Of a stretch of 64,000 nt of DNA, positions 1 to 12,388 are shown piece after piece (the first letter of the stretch is position 1; each line of letters starts with the position of its first letter). The notes under the pieces were generated by a model. It searched no databases. It was given only the letters and a program-made list of their open reading frames with translations, and had not been told where the DNA came from. The stretch is from Bryobacterales bacterium (lineage in GTDB: Bacteria > Acidobacteriota > Terriglobia > Bryobacterales > UBA6623). The stretch spans positions 3,264,001 through 3,328,000 of the forward strand of contig OY729428.2 in NCBI GenBank assembly GCA_963422375.2, written 5' to 3'. The position numbers and the translations under genes were made by a program.

Positions 1-1302
1 GCGACAACCGGATCCGCAACTTGCTCGACGATCTCGACCCGGCCGCGTTCGACCCGCTCTTCCGGCCGTGCCTCGCAACCGTGGCCGCGCAGGGCGCGCT
101 CGAGCCCTTCCAGCGCCTGCCGGCGGCTCCGGACGGCGTCCGGTTCCACCGCTCCGACAGGGTGCATTGCCCGCAGTGCTCGGTGCGGCGCGTCGGCAGC
201 GAGCGCCGGCCGCATCACTTCCACGCCATGGTCGCGGCCACCGCGGTGGCCGACGGCCACGCCACCGTCCTGCCGCTGATGCCCGAGTTCGCGTGCCCGC
301 AGCGGGACGCGGCCGCGACCCGCGCCGACATGAGCGAGGACGAGCGCAAGCGGGACTGCGAGCGCAACGCCGCCAAGCGCTGGCTCGCCGCTCACGGCGC
401 CTGGCTGCAGGCCTGCCGCCCCGTCCTGCCGGGCGACGACCTGTACTGCTGCCAGCCGGTCCGCGAGGCCGCCGCGGCGGCCGGCATGGACTGCATCCGG
501 GTAGGCAAGCCCGGATCCCGCAAGCGCTTGTACGAGGTGCCGGAGAGCCGGCGGGCGAGCGGCGCGAGCGGCACCGTTTTCGCCGGACGGCCGCGGTGCC
601 CCTGCGCAAGGGCCGCGACGCCCTGCGGGGCACTTGGCTCGAGTACGCCGTGGAGCGCGACGGCAAGCGCACCTGCGCCAACAGCTTCTTCACCGGTCTC
701 GCGGTCACCGCGGACAACGCGGAGCGGATCGCGCGCGCCGGCCGGGCGCGCTGGAAGATCGAGAACGGGGGCTTCAACTGCCTGGCGCGGCACGGCCGCA
801 ACTTCAAGCGCAACTTCGGGCACGGCAAGGAAGGGCCGGCCAACGTGCCGGCCGTGCCGAACCTGTTCGCCTTCGCGCTCCACGCCGTGGTGCAGTGCGT
901 CTGCGCGCTGTGGCAGCAGTGCCGGCGCCAGCCGGTCACGCGCCGCGCCCTGTTCCGGGAGCTGCAGGTCGCGCTGCGCTGGTTCCGCTTCCCGGACCGG
1001 CCGACGCTGCTGGCAGCGGTGCGCGACGGACGCGCGCCTCCGGGTTGCCAGGCGGCCGGGGCCTAGACTCCGCGCAGTTTCGTGCCGGCAGCGTCCGGCG
1101 AGCGGCCGACCGTCGCAGCCGGCTACCGCCGGAGTGCGTCCGGCCGCGGGCTCGGCACTCGGCGGGCCGCGCCACGGCCCTGCCCGCCGTCCGACGCTCC
1201 CGCGGGGCGGCCTCCGGAGCGCAACCTCTCGGTCAACTGATTCACCTCATCCTCCGAAACAACCTTCACGCACCCCCTTGACGGCCAAATTTAGAACCGC
1301 TG
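1..1302 (+). mobile_element. ISNCY-like DDE insertion sequence, copy 1 (5' part outside the window; transposase frameshifted)
   Basis: Motifs LPLMPEF, K(Q>R)DCERNAAKRWL, GDDLY and GRARWKIENGGFNCL..NFGHG are split over two frames, with a deletion/frameshift at ~570 relative to copy 2. Right end CCAAATTTAGAACCGCTG ends at 1302 and matches the end of copy 2 at 45653. Confidence 0.85.
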
Positions 1303-1434
1303 CCGCTGATGCCAGCAGCTCTCCCTTGCGCGACTCCAACTCTTGGTTCCGGCGTCTGGTCCCAGCAGCGTCGGCACGGGCCCCGCTGGCTCAAACCGGC
1401 ATCCCCTGATCCACGTGCTCCGTCTCGTCAAGTC

Positions 1435-4191
1435 TCAGAGTTCCGAACATAGGCAGTTTTAGGTTGTCCAAGAGTCTCGCGTCGGAGGGGAGCGGGACGG
1501 TGTGGCCGGGGCGATGGGCTGGCCGCAGGGACTCGCGGACGGCCTTGGGGCGAGCAGCCGCGGAGGCATGGATCGGGGCCTTGGTACCGGCACGTTCGAG
1601 CGAGAGAGCGGTGTCGCCGGTAACTGCGCCGGCCAGCCGGCGGGGACGGGTACCGGGAGCGGTCCGGTCACCTCCGGGGAAGGCCGTCGGCGGCCGCGAC
1701 CGCGGACGCTCCGCGCGGAACCCGTCGCGGTTGGTCGCGGCTGGCTCGGGACCCGGTCGGCGGCCGCGGCCGGGCCGCCGGGGAGGCCCGCGCTTCCAGC
1801 GCTCCGCCCGAGGAGCCGCGCGCCCGGCGCGGGCCGGCCGCGCCAGGCCCCCGCCGGGCGCGTCGGAGCGGTCGGCAGGATTTCGTAGACCAAGCGCAGG
1901 TCCGTGCCGGGGAACACCGCCCGGGCGCGGTTGAGATCCGCGGTCAGCGGCCCGAGCGCCTCGTCGCGGGCCCGCGTGGATTGGTGCAGCAGGCTCACGG
2001 CGAGGGTGCCCGCGGCCGGGTCCGGGCGCAGGCCGGCCGCGCTGCGGAACAGCGCCTGCAGCAGCTCGCGGGCCGGCTCGGCCGGCTCGGGCGCGACCAC
2101 GGCCGCCATGGCCGGCTCGGCCCGGCAGGCCGCCACGCGCACGGTCTCGAGCAGGTGGCGCAGCGGCGCGGGCAGGGCCGTCACGCGGTCCTCCGGGTCC
2201 AGCTCGCCCGCCGGGACGTGCTGCCGGCAGTCGCTCATGCCCCATGCCAGGCCCTTTTCGAGCCTGTCGGCCGCGGCCGGCTGCGCTTGCAGCCGGCGGC
2301 CCCGCTCGCTGTCGGGATGCTCTTCCCGGGCCAGCCGGCGGCGCAGCCGGCCGAGGCGCTCCTCGGTCTTCTCGCGCAAGTTCCCGGCCACGCGCCAGGG
2401 CGGGTTGGTCACCCGCGTGTCCGGAGCGACCTCCGCCAGGGCGTGCTCGGCCAGGGTGTCGAGCCCGAACTCGCTGCGCATGTACTTGAAGAAGTTCTCC
2501 TGCGTCCAGCGCGAGCGCAGCAGGCCCGCCACCTGCTCGGCGGACAGGCTCGGGTGCGTCGTCAGCGCGGACGGCTGGCGCCGGCCCGGGCCCGGCGCGC
2601 CGGCGCGTTGCAGGGGCTGGCGCGGCGGTCGCCGGCGGGCGGCTGGCGCCGGTCGATCCGGAAGCGGATCCCGCGCGCCTTGACGCCGCCGCCCGGGGGC
2701 GAAGGGCCGCTCGGCGATGCGGCCGCCTTGAAGTCGGCCTCGGGCCAGCGTTGCTCCCGCTTGTCCTTGATCCACGTGACCGCGGCCACGCCCTGCCGCC
2801 GCAGCTGGCGGAACAGTTCCGGGCTCCAGCCGTCGCGGTCGAACACCAGCGTCAGCCGCGGCGGCGGCGGCTCGCCCTCGGGCGGGTCCGAGCCCGCCGG
2901 CAGCAGCCCCCGCGCGAGCAGCGACCACGCCAAGTCCGCCAGCGCCCGGACCATGCCGGGGTCGGCCTGGCAGTGCAGGCACGGCAGAGGCGCGCCGCCG
3001 AGAGCCGCGACCCAGTAGCTGACCGAGGCCGGCAGGGCCAGCCTCAGCCGCGGCACGTAGTGCTTGAGCAGGTTGCCGCGGCCGTGGTAGACCTGCACGT
3101 GACCGTCGAGGAACAGCGTGGCCGCGGCCGCGGGATCGTCCGCGGCCCAGTCGCCCGCCAGGCCGGACCGCCAGGCCTGCAAAGCCTCGGGCTGCTCGCC
3201 GAGACGGTGCATCTTGCGCCGCAGGGTGCGCGGGCAAGGACAGCGGTCGAGGCCCGGCAGGGCGCCCCACTCGCCGGGCGCCTCGGCGCCGAGACGCTCG
3301 GGGTTGCGCACCCGGGCCGGCAGCAGGAAGGCCGGCACCAGCAGGGTCGAGTGCAGGCCGTAGAAGCCCTTGCCGACGCTCAGCGCGCCCAGGTGGCCGA
3401 GCAAGCCGGCCTGCAGCAGGGCGGGCAGGGCCGCCAGGATGCCGCCCTCGGCCACCGCCGCGGCCGGCGCGAAGCTCGGAGCACGCTCCTCCAACTGGCC
3501 GAGACTGGCCAAGGCGCGACCCTGCGAGTCGCAGGTGGCCCGGCCCCGGGGCGCGATCGCGGCGCGGCGGCTGCGCTCCTCGCGCCCCGGGGCCGGCGGT
3601 TGCTCCGCGACACTCGCCGCCCCGGCGGGTGCGGGCTCTTCTTCGGTCGCGGGGGCCTTCTCCGTCGCGGGCACCTCGGGGTCGCCGGCGCCTGCTCGCA
3701 GGCGGGCGTCGCGGCGAGCGCCGGGATGCCGGGCAGGCGACCGATCCGCTTGTACTGGCGCAGGGTCTCGTAGCACGCGCCCGGCTGGCGCCTTCCAGCA
3801 GAATCCGCGCAGCTCGGCGCAGGACCTCCCGGTCCTCGATCCCGTGCCGGCGGCGCGGGCGGCGCGGGCGGTCGAAACCGGCCGGGCCGTACTGCTCGAG
3901 GCGCTCCACGTCCCGGCGCACCGTGCGCGCGCAGACCCCGCCAGCCCGCGCCAGTTGCGCCGGCGTGGCCAGCTGCATGTGTGCCAAGTGCGCCAAGTGC
4001 GCCATGCAGCGGCGAGCGGCGCGGCGGTCGTCCGCTGCTTGCATGTCGATCGGCGAGATATCGAGGTAGTAGTACACGCGGTCGCCGTCCCGGAGCATGC
4101 TCGGGCGCTGGTTGACGGGGGTGGCCTCGGCGGGCTGCAGGCCGAGCGATCCGGGCACGCCGCGGGGCGTCTGCGGGAGCTCCGAGCTCAT
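1435..4191 (-). pseudogene. Large putative transposase (HTH N-terminus; LAALPALL..GFYGL..PGEWG.L.GLDR, DGHVQVY, VFDRDGW and RWTQENFFKYMR motifs), multiply frameshifted
   Basis: Motifs are spread over ORFs 1459-4191 and 2562-3776, with frameshifts near 3780 and 2560-2690. ATG at 4191. The right boundary (~1435) is approximate. Confidence 0.75.
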
Positions 4192-4332
4192 GTACTGACC
4201 TCGCCAAAAGTAATTTCACGAGATCGACGATAATACGTAAAACTTTAACTGTACTATAAAACAAACTATTCTCATTCACATCGCATCAATGTCCCGTTGC
4301 GGAATGCCAACCCTAAGTGCTATGATCGTACC

Positions 4333-5372
4333 ATGGACCTCCCTGCATTCCACGACTTTCGCAATGTCCCTCTTCGCGATCGACCAGCCATCCGGAAGTG
4401 GATCGTCATTCGCATCCGTCACGGCGAGTCCATCACCTCGATGGCCGCATCTCTCCGCATCGAATCCCGTACGATCCGCCGTTGATTCGCCAGCTATGTC
4501 AGCTCTGGATTCGCCGGACTTGTCAACAAGACAAGACAGGGAATACCGCGCATCATCTCCCAGAATAAAGTCGAATAGATCCGCGCGACTGTGCGCGACA
4601 AGGATCCGTCTCAGCTCAAGTTTCCGTTCGCCTATTCGACTTTGAAATCCGTGCGTCAGGCCATCCTCGAACGGTTCGGAACCCGGATCTCCGCATCGAC
4701 CGCGAGACGGGTATTGAAGCGCTTGGGATTCACCGTGCAGCGGCCGCAAGTGCGGGCCTTCCAGTGTAACGAGGAAGCAGTAAGAAATTGGAAGAAAAAG
4801 GTTTATTCGGACCTAGCCAAGCGGGCGAAGGAGTGCGGAACGACCATCTTATTCGCGGACGAGGCCGGAATGAACTCGCAGTATCACCGCGGGACGAACA
4901 TGGGCTCTTCGCGGCGAGACTCCGCAGGTGAAGTTCACCGGAGAGCGCTTTCGAATGAACATGATGTCGGCGATCAGCAGCGACGGAGACCTCTTACTGG
5001 AAGCTGCATGAGGGGAGTGGTACTGCGGTTGTATTCCGTGAATTTATCGAGCAGATTCTAGGCGAAATCGGTGGTCAAAAGGTTTGGATTATCGTGGACG
5101 GTCACCGGATTCATACGGCTCGTCCGGTGAAGGAATTTCTAGCGGAAAGGAAGGACGATGTGGAGCTCTATATCCTGCCAGCATACGCGCCAGATCTGAA
5201 TCCTGATGAATCGATTTGGTCGCAGATCAAGCGCCGTGTCGGGAAGGAATTTCTGCGGAAAAAGCAGGATATGAAGAGGCACATGATCGAGGACTTCGAG
5301 GATTTTAAGGCAAATCCTAGGAAGGTAAAAGGGTGCTTTTATCAAGCCGATTGTGCGTACACTCTGTGCTAA
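4333..5372 (+). pseudogene. IS630 transposase pseudogene
   Basis: DDE motifs FADEA, IVDGH and LPAYAPDLNPDE..W. Premature stops TGA 4483-4485 and TAG 4576-4578, plus frameshifts at ~4900 and ~5050. Confidence 0.88.
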
Positions 5373-5391
5373 CCGGTGCTGCAATTACTTT

Positions 5392-6424
5392 CCTGATTAC
5401 CCACAAGACGCAGCCAAGGTTAGGAGGCGGTAAGGCATGGGCGGGGTGCGCACGGAGGCGTGGAGCAGGCGGGGGACCAGCGCCTCCAGATCGTAGCGGC
5501 GGTTGAAGCGGTAGCGGAACTCGGCGAGGTAGCGCGGCAGGTGCTTGCCGTCGAGCGCATGGCAGGTTCCCGCCAGGGACCGCTTGACGTTCGCCAGCAT
5601 CGTGCTGACCCGGACGAAGCGGGAATCCCCGCAGCTCCGCTGCCCGCCTCCGGCGACGGTCGGCACGTGCTCGCAGCCGGCGCCGGCCACGCCCCGCAAG
5701 CAGGCCGGGCCGTCGGCATGCACCTCCGTGCCGGGCTGCAGGTGCCGCCCGGCCCACGCTGCCAGCGTCTTCTTGCGGAAGCCCGCCACGCTGCTCAGGC
5801 GCATCCTTGCCGGCTTGCCGGCGGCGGTGACCTGCACGGCGGCCACGAACGGCGTCTTGCCCGCCGCGCCGCGACCGCGCTTGCCGCCGCTCCGCTCCCC
5901 GCCCCGGTAGGCGTCGTCCACCTGCACGATGCCGCCCAGCGGCAGGCGCTCGTCGCGCTCCTTCATCACTTGCAGGAGCTTGTGCTTCATCTTCCAAGCC
6001 GTGTTCCGGCTGACCCCCGGCTGCCGCGCCAGTTCCAGCGACGCAACGCCGTGCTGGCCCTGCGTCAGCAGGTGGAGCGCCAGCAACCGGACGGTCAGCG
6101 GCAGCTTGGTGGCGGCGAAGATCGTGCCGGCGACGAGGGAGGTCCGGCGGTGGCAGGCATGGCACTGCCGGAGCTTGCGGGAGCGGATGCGGCAGTGCCG
6201 GCGGGAGCCGCACTCCGGGCAGCGGAAGCCGTCCGGCCAGCGGGCCTTGAAGACGGCCTGCTCGCATGGCCCCTCGCTGCCGTAGCGCTGCAGGAACTTG
6301 CCCGGACTGAGCCCCTTCTGGAATTGCACGCGATTGCGTTTCAGCTGCTATCCCCTTTCCTGTCAGAGGTTTCCGACCTCCTCCAGTATAGCATATCCTC
6401 GGCTGACGTTCGTTGGTAATCAGG
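5392..6424 (-). mobile_element. IS1595-family element copy A (1033 bp)
   Basis: Terminal IRs CCTGATTACC...GGTAATCAGG. 8-bp target duplication ATTACTTT at 5384-5391 and 6425-6432. Confidence 0.93.
5397..6329 (-). CDS. IS1595 transposase (open frame, but several conserved residues mutated)
   Basis: Zn ribbon RWPDGFRCPECG..QCHAC, QVDDAY, GKRGRGAAGKTPF and YLAEF.YRFNRR. The true start may be the CTG 15 nt upstream (CTG AAA CGC AAT CGC GTG). Confidence 0.85.
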   Translation of the reverse strand: MQFQKGLSPGKFLQRYGSEGPCEQAVFKARWPDGFRCPECGSRRHCRIRSRKLRQCHACHRRTSLVAGTIFAATKLPLTVRLLALHLLTQGQHGVASLELARQPGVSRNTAWKMKHKLLQVMKERDERLPLGGIVQVDDAYRGGERSGGKRGRGAAGKTPFVAAVQVTAAGKPARMRLSSVAGFRKKTLAAWAGRHLQPGTEVHADGPACLRGVAGAGCEHVPTVAGGGQRSCGDSRFVRVSTMLANVKRSLAGTCHALDGKHLPRYLAEFRYRFNRRYDLEALVPRLLHASVRTPPMPYRLLTLAASCG

Positions 6425-6570
6425 ATTACTTTTGGCAAGGTCAGTACCCAACTATTACACGGCGACGGTTCGCGTCCGACCCGCGTGTTGGTAAGGTAAT
6501 TCTTCCCGGCGCGCTCCCGAACGAGCGGCGCGCCTCCCCCTGACTATCTCTCGACGGACGGACTACGCAC

Positions 6571-7455
6571 GTGAACGAATCGACAGGCAACACCATGGAC
6601 TTCGGCGACAGGACGAAGCTGAACGCGCTGACGTTCTCGGTGCTCGCCCTGTTCCACGCGGGAGCGCTGGCCGCTCCGTTTTTCTTCACGTGGGAGAACC
6701 TGGCGGTGACCGTGGTCATCTACTGGATGGCGGTCAGCTGGGGCATCGGCATGGGCTACCACCGCCTGCACACGCATCGCGGGTACCGCGTGCCGAAATG
6801 GATCGAGTATTTCCTCGCGTTCTGCGGCACGCTGGCGCTGGAGGGCGGCCCGATCTACTGGGTCGCCGCGCATCGCTGCCACCACCAGCACTCCGACACC
6901 GACTTGGATCCGCACACGCCGCGGCATGGCGGGTTCTGGGCGCACGTGGGATGGATCATCTTCGGCAAGACGCTGCACAGCGACACGGCCCTGATGGGAA
7001 GATACGCACCGGATCTCCTCAAGGACCGTTACTACCGGCTGCTGAGCGAGTGGCACTGGGTCCCGCTGACGGTTCTGGGAATCGTGGCGTGGGCGCTGGG
7101 CGGTTTCGGCATGATGCTGTGGGTCGTGCCGCTGCGCGTCGTGGTCAGCCTGCACACGACCTGGCTGGTGAACGCGGCAACGCACATGTGGGGCAGTCGC
7201 AGGTTCCGCACGACGGACGACTCGCGCAACCTGTGGTGGGTGGCCCTGATCACGTTCGGCGAGGGCTGGCACAACAACCATCACGCGCACCCTGTCTCCG
7301 CGCGGCACGGCATGGCGTGGTACGAGTTGGACATCAGCTTCATTCAGATCTGGGTCCTGATGAAGCTCGGCATCGCGAAGGCGGTTTACGCCCCGGGTCT
7401 CGACGATCTGGGCGAGGCCGAGGATCCCGCGCCGGCGCTCAAGGTTCCGGCGTAG
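6571..7455 (+). CDS. Acyl-CoA/acyl-lipid delta-9 fatty acid desaturase
   Basis: His boxes HRLHTH, HRCHH and HNNHH; GEGWHNNHH motif; hydrophobic segments. Confidence 0.92.
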   Translation: MNESTGNTMDFGDRTKLNALTFSVLALFHAGALAAPFFFTWENLAVTVVIYWMAVSWGIGMGYHRLHTHRGYRVPKWIEYFLAFCGTLALEGGPIYWVAAHRCHHQHSDTDLDPHTPRHGGFWAHVGWIIFGKTLHSDTALMGRYAPDLLKDRYYRLLSEWHWVPLTVLGIVAWALGGFGMMLWVVPLRVVVSLHTTWLVNAATHMWGSRRFRTTDDSRNLWWVALITFGEGWHNNHHAHPVSARHGMAWYELDISFIQIWVLMKLGIAKAVYAPGLDDLGEAEDPAPALKVPA

Positions 7456-7692
7456 CGCCCCGCTGAATCCGTTACTGCTGGCGGCACCCGCTGGTTCCGC
7501 CAGCGCAAGAATTCGCATCCGGCGGCACCGTGCTGCGGGCCGACCCGCTCCTCAATCCCGGCACCGACAGCGAGTCGGCGCTGAAATTCAACGATCTGCC
7601 TCCGCCGGTGGCGGGTCAATCGCGGATTTCGCGCATGCCGCATAGCACCACGCCTTGGTTGTGTAGTACGCTGGCCTGCGAGCGGCGACAAG

Positions 7693-10527
7693 TTGGCGTA
7701 TCGAGACCCATGTAGCTTCGCGGCGGCAGCCGGATTCGCGTTGGCGGCGGCGGCAGCAGCCGCCACGCCGGAGCAGATCGAATTCTTCGAGCGGGACATT
7801 CGCCCGCTGCTCGTCGAACAGTGCTCCGCCTGCCACGGCGAGCACGTGCAAACCGGCGGCCTGGCACTGGACACGCCCGAAGCCTTCTACCGGGGCGGGG
7901 ACTCCGGTCCCGTCTTCTCGGAGCACGATCCAGCGAGCAGCCGGCTGCTGGCGGCGGTGCGCTACGAGGGCGACATCAAGATGCCGCCGACCGGCAAGCT
8001 GCCCGTCGGCGAGATTGCGGCGCTGGCCCGCTGGATCGAAATGGGCGCGCCATGGCCCGGCGCTCGGGCCGTGACCGTTTCGCCGTCCCAGTCCGCGAGT
8101 CCCGAGTGGACTGCCGAGCAGACGGGTCACTGGTCCTTCCAGCCCGTGCGACCCCACCAGCCTCCTGCCGTGATGCAGGAAGAGTGGGTGCGCACGCCGG
8201 TCGACCGCTTCATCCTGGCGAAGCTGGAGCGGCACGGGCTTGCGCCCCCTTCCGCGGCCGACGACCTGACCTTGCTGCGCCGGGCCAAGTACGACCTGCA
8301 CGGCCTGCCTCCGACGGAAGCCGAGATCGAGACCTTCCTGGCGGACACGGCCCCGGGCGCCTACGCGCGGCTGGTCGACCGCCTGCTCGGTTCGCCGCGA
8401 TACGGCGAGAAATGGGGTCGGCACTGGCTCGACATCGCGCGCTACGCCGACTCCACCGGACTCGACGACGACATCAAGCTGCCGCACACTTGGCGCTATC
8501 GCGACTACGTCATCGACGCTTGGAATCGCGACACCCCTTACGACCAATTCATCGTCGAGCAGCTCGCCGGCGACCACCTGCCGCCCGGCGGAGCGGAAGC
8601 GGTGAATCGCAAGGGCATCATCGCCACGGGCTTCCTGGCCGTGGGCACCAAGCCGCTTGTCCAGCAGGACAAGGTCAAGATGAAGTACGACGTGATCGAC
8701 GAGCAGATCGACACGACAGGAAAGGTGTTCATGGCATTGACGGTGGGCTGCGCCCGCTGCCACGACCATAAGTTCGATCCGATCGCCACCAAGGACTACT
8801 ACTCGCTGGCCGGCATCTACGCCAGCGCCAGGAACTTCGCGAGCCTCGATCCGGCGATGACGGTCTCGAAGGTTCACTTCGAGCCGCTCGTCGCCGAGGA
8901 GGTCTACCGGCGCTACAGGGACCATCAGGACAGGATCGGCCACGTCAAGCGGAGGGTCAAGTCGATCATCGACTTGGAGCGCTACCGGTACGTCCTCGAG
9001 CGTCGCAGTTCGCGGCTGGCGGACTACATGGTCGCGGCGCACGAGGTCTACGCCAGCGGCGCGGATGCCGCGATCGTCGGCGATCGCGAGGGCTTGGACT
9101 GCGAGGTGCTGCAGCTGTGGGCCGAGTACTTGGAGCCCGGCGACGACCTCCGACTGCACTTGAAGGAGTGGCACGAGGCCGGCGACCATGAGCGGGCCGC
9201 GACGGCCGCCGAGTACCAGCGCAGGTTCCGCGCCAGAGGAGAGGACTGGATCGCCCAGCTGGCCGCGTGGCGCGTCGAGATCGAGGGCTGGGACGGCGCC
9301 GGCGAGTTCCCCGAGGGGCCGGACTTGGCCCCCGGAGTGGACCGGTTCTTCTCCGAGGTCACGCTCTCGGCTGCCGGCATGGACGAGGGCGCGCGGAGAG
9401 CGGACGGACCCTTCGCGATCCCCAACCGCTTGGTCGACGCGATTCTCCCCCCGGCGGCCGGCGAGCGCGTAGCCGACCTCCGCAAGCAGCAGACCCAGCT
9501 GGAGGAGTCGGCCCTCCCCGAGCCGCCAATGGCTTATGCCGTAGGCCGCGGAGAGAGCGTCGAGCAGCGCGTCTTCGTCCGGGGCAACCACAACCAGCCC
9601 GGAGAGCCGGCTCCCCGGCAGTTCCCCGCGATTCTGGCCGGCGAGGACCAGCAGCCCGTTCCTGACAGCGAGGGCAGGCTCCGGCTGGCGGAATGGATCG
9701 CGAGCGGCGACCATCCGCTCACGGGACGCGTGATCGTGAACCGGCTCTGGCACTGGCACTTCGGCGAGGGGCTGGTGCGCACGCCCAACAATTTCGGCCT
9801 CATGGGCGAGCGGCCCAGCCATCCGGAACTGCTCGACTACATGGCGGGGCGGTTCGTGGCCGACGGCTGGTCGCTGAAGGCGATGCACCGGCTGATCATG
9901 CTCTCCAGCGCCTACCGCAGCCAGAGCACTGTCACGGACGAGGCTTGGGCGGAGGATCCTTCCAACCGTCTTTGGTCCCGTTTCAGCCGGCGCAGGCTGA
10001 CCGTCGAGGAAATGCGCGACGCGCTGCTGGGGGTCGACAGCTCCCTCGACCTAGCGATGGGCGGCGCGCTCACCGACAGCCTAGATTCGTACGGCTTCAA
10101 GAACGCCTACCTGCATCCGGACGACACCCGGCGGCGCACCGTCTACCTGCCGATCTACCGCAACAGGCTGCCGGGCTTGCTGACGCTGTTCGACTTCGCC
10201 GACCCGTCCGCCAGCATCGCCGCCCGATCCAAGACGAGCATCGCGCCGCAGTGGCTGTACTTCATGAACAGCGACTTCGTGCATGTCCGCGCGGCCTCGA
10301 TGGCGAGCCACCTGCTGACCGACAGAGAGTCCCCCGACAGGGAGCGCGTCAAGCGGGCGTACCGCTTGGCGCTGACGCGCGAGGCGCGACCGCGCGAGGT
10401 CGACGAAGCCGTTGCCTACATGGCCCAATACCCCGTTGCCGACGACGCGGACGACGAGCGGCTGGAGCGCTGGCGGAGCTTCTGCCGCCTGCTGCTAGGC
10501 TCGAACGAGTTCAACCACGTCAACTGA
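7693..10527 (+). CDS. PSD1/planctomycete cytochrome c domain protein (DUF1549/DUF1553)
   Basis: CSACH and CARCHDHKFDPI haem motifs; HWSFQP, YGEKWGRHWLD and PSHPELLD motifs; signal-like N-terminus. Start is uncertain (TTG). Confidence 0.9.
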   Translation: MAYRDPCSFAAAAGFALAAAAAAATPEQIEFFERDIRPLLVEQCSACHGEHVQTGGLALDTPEAFYRGGDSGPVFSEHDPASSRLLAAVRYEGDIKMPPTGKLPVGEIAALARWIEMGAPWPGARAVTVSPSQSASPEWTAEQTGHWSFQPVRPHQPPAVMQEEWVRTPVDRFILAKLERHGLAPPSAADDLTLLRRAKYDLHGLPPTEAEIETFLADTAPGAYARLVDRLLGSPRYGEKWGRHWLDIARYADSTGLDDDIKLPHTWRYRDYVIDAWNRDTPYDQFIVEQLAGDHLPPGGAEAVNRKGIIATGFLAVGTKPLVQQDKVKMKYDVIDEQIDTTGKVFMALTVGCARCHDHKFDPIATKDYYSLAGIYASARNFASLDPAMTVSKVHFEPLVAEEVYRRYRDHQDRIGHVKRRVKSIIDLERYRYVLERRSSRLADYMVAAHEVYASGADAAIVGDREGLDCEVLQLWAEYLEPGDDLRLHLKEWHEAGDHERAATAAEYQRRFRARGEDWIAQLAAWRVEIEGWDGAGEFPEGPDLAPGVDRFFSEVTLSAAGMDEGARRADGPFAIPNRLVDAILPPAAGERVADLRKQQTQLEESALPEPPMAYAVGRGESVEQRVFVRGNHNQPGEPAPRQFPAILAGEDQQPVPDSEGRLRLAEWIASGDHPLTGRVIVNRLWHWHFGEGLVRTPNNFGLMGERPSHPELLDYMAGRFVADGWSLKAMHRLIMLSSAYRSQSTVTDEAWAEDPSNRLWSRFSRRRLTVEEMRDALLGVDSSLDLAMGGALTDSLDSYGFKNAYLHPDDTRRRTVYLPIYRNRLPGLLTLFDFADPSASIAARSKTSIAPQWLYFMNSDFVHVRAASMASHLLTDRESPDRERVKRAYRLALTREARPREVDEAVAYMAQYPVADDADDERLERWRSFCRLLLGSNEFNHVN

Positions 10528-10535
10528 GGAGTAGC

Positions 10536-11977
<1,442 letters not shown>

Positions 11978-12014
11978 AGCGCAGAGCGCCCTAGGCCCCG
12001 CTACCGCACCGATC

Positions 12015-12330
12015 GGGGCGGCACGCTTCGAACCAGTGCCGCCAGGAAGCGCGGCGCCTCCGCGCCGCGAGAGGTCGACAAGCCGATCAGGAACCGGACC
12101 GCGAACGTCGAGTCACTAGGGCCTCCAGTCGAGACGCCGGTGCCGGGCTGCGACGAGTCCCGGCTGCCTCAGCGCCGTCGGCTGCGTGCAGTGGCGCGAC
12201 CTGCAGGCCGCGGTTCCGAAGTGGATCGGTTTCGATCCTTGGCAGCCAGCGCACCGCTTCGGCGAGCGAGCGGCCGCCGGCCGCCCAGTGAACTGGGCTC
12301 GGGCGCGCGGAAGGATGTCGCGTAGAGCGG
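12015..12330 (+). pseudogene. Heavily decayed duplicate of the 3' end of a DUF1501 gene
   Basis: GAGGTCGACAAGCCGATC matches GAGATCGACAAGCCGATC at ~11609. ORF 12186 (RDLQAAVPKWIGFDP..HRF) aligns with [18 protein letters not shown]. Both end in CGCGTAGAGCG. Confidence 0.7.
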
Positions 12331-12388
12331 GCAGCCCGGCTGTCGCATGGCGGTCGCCGCTTGCCGCGGCGACCGCCGTTCTTCCGCG

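Larger units (their letters stand above)
4195..6444 (+). mobile_element. IS630-family element interrupted by IS1595
   Basis: TA duplication at 4193-4194 and 6445-6446. Left IR CTGACCTCGCCAAAAGTAATTTCA versus reconstructed right IR CTGACCTTGCCAAAAGTAATTGCA (2 mismatches in 24). GC content is lower than the flanks. Confidence 0.9.

Noticed and set aside
12015..12330. Diversity-generating retroelement template repeat
   Set aside because: Differences from the gene are not adenine-specific, include large deletions, and no reverse transcriptase is present in the window.
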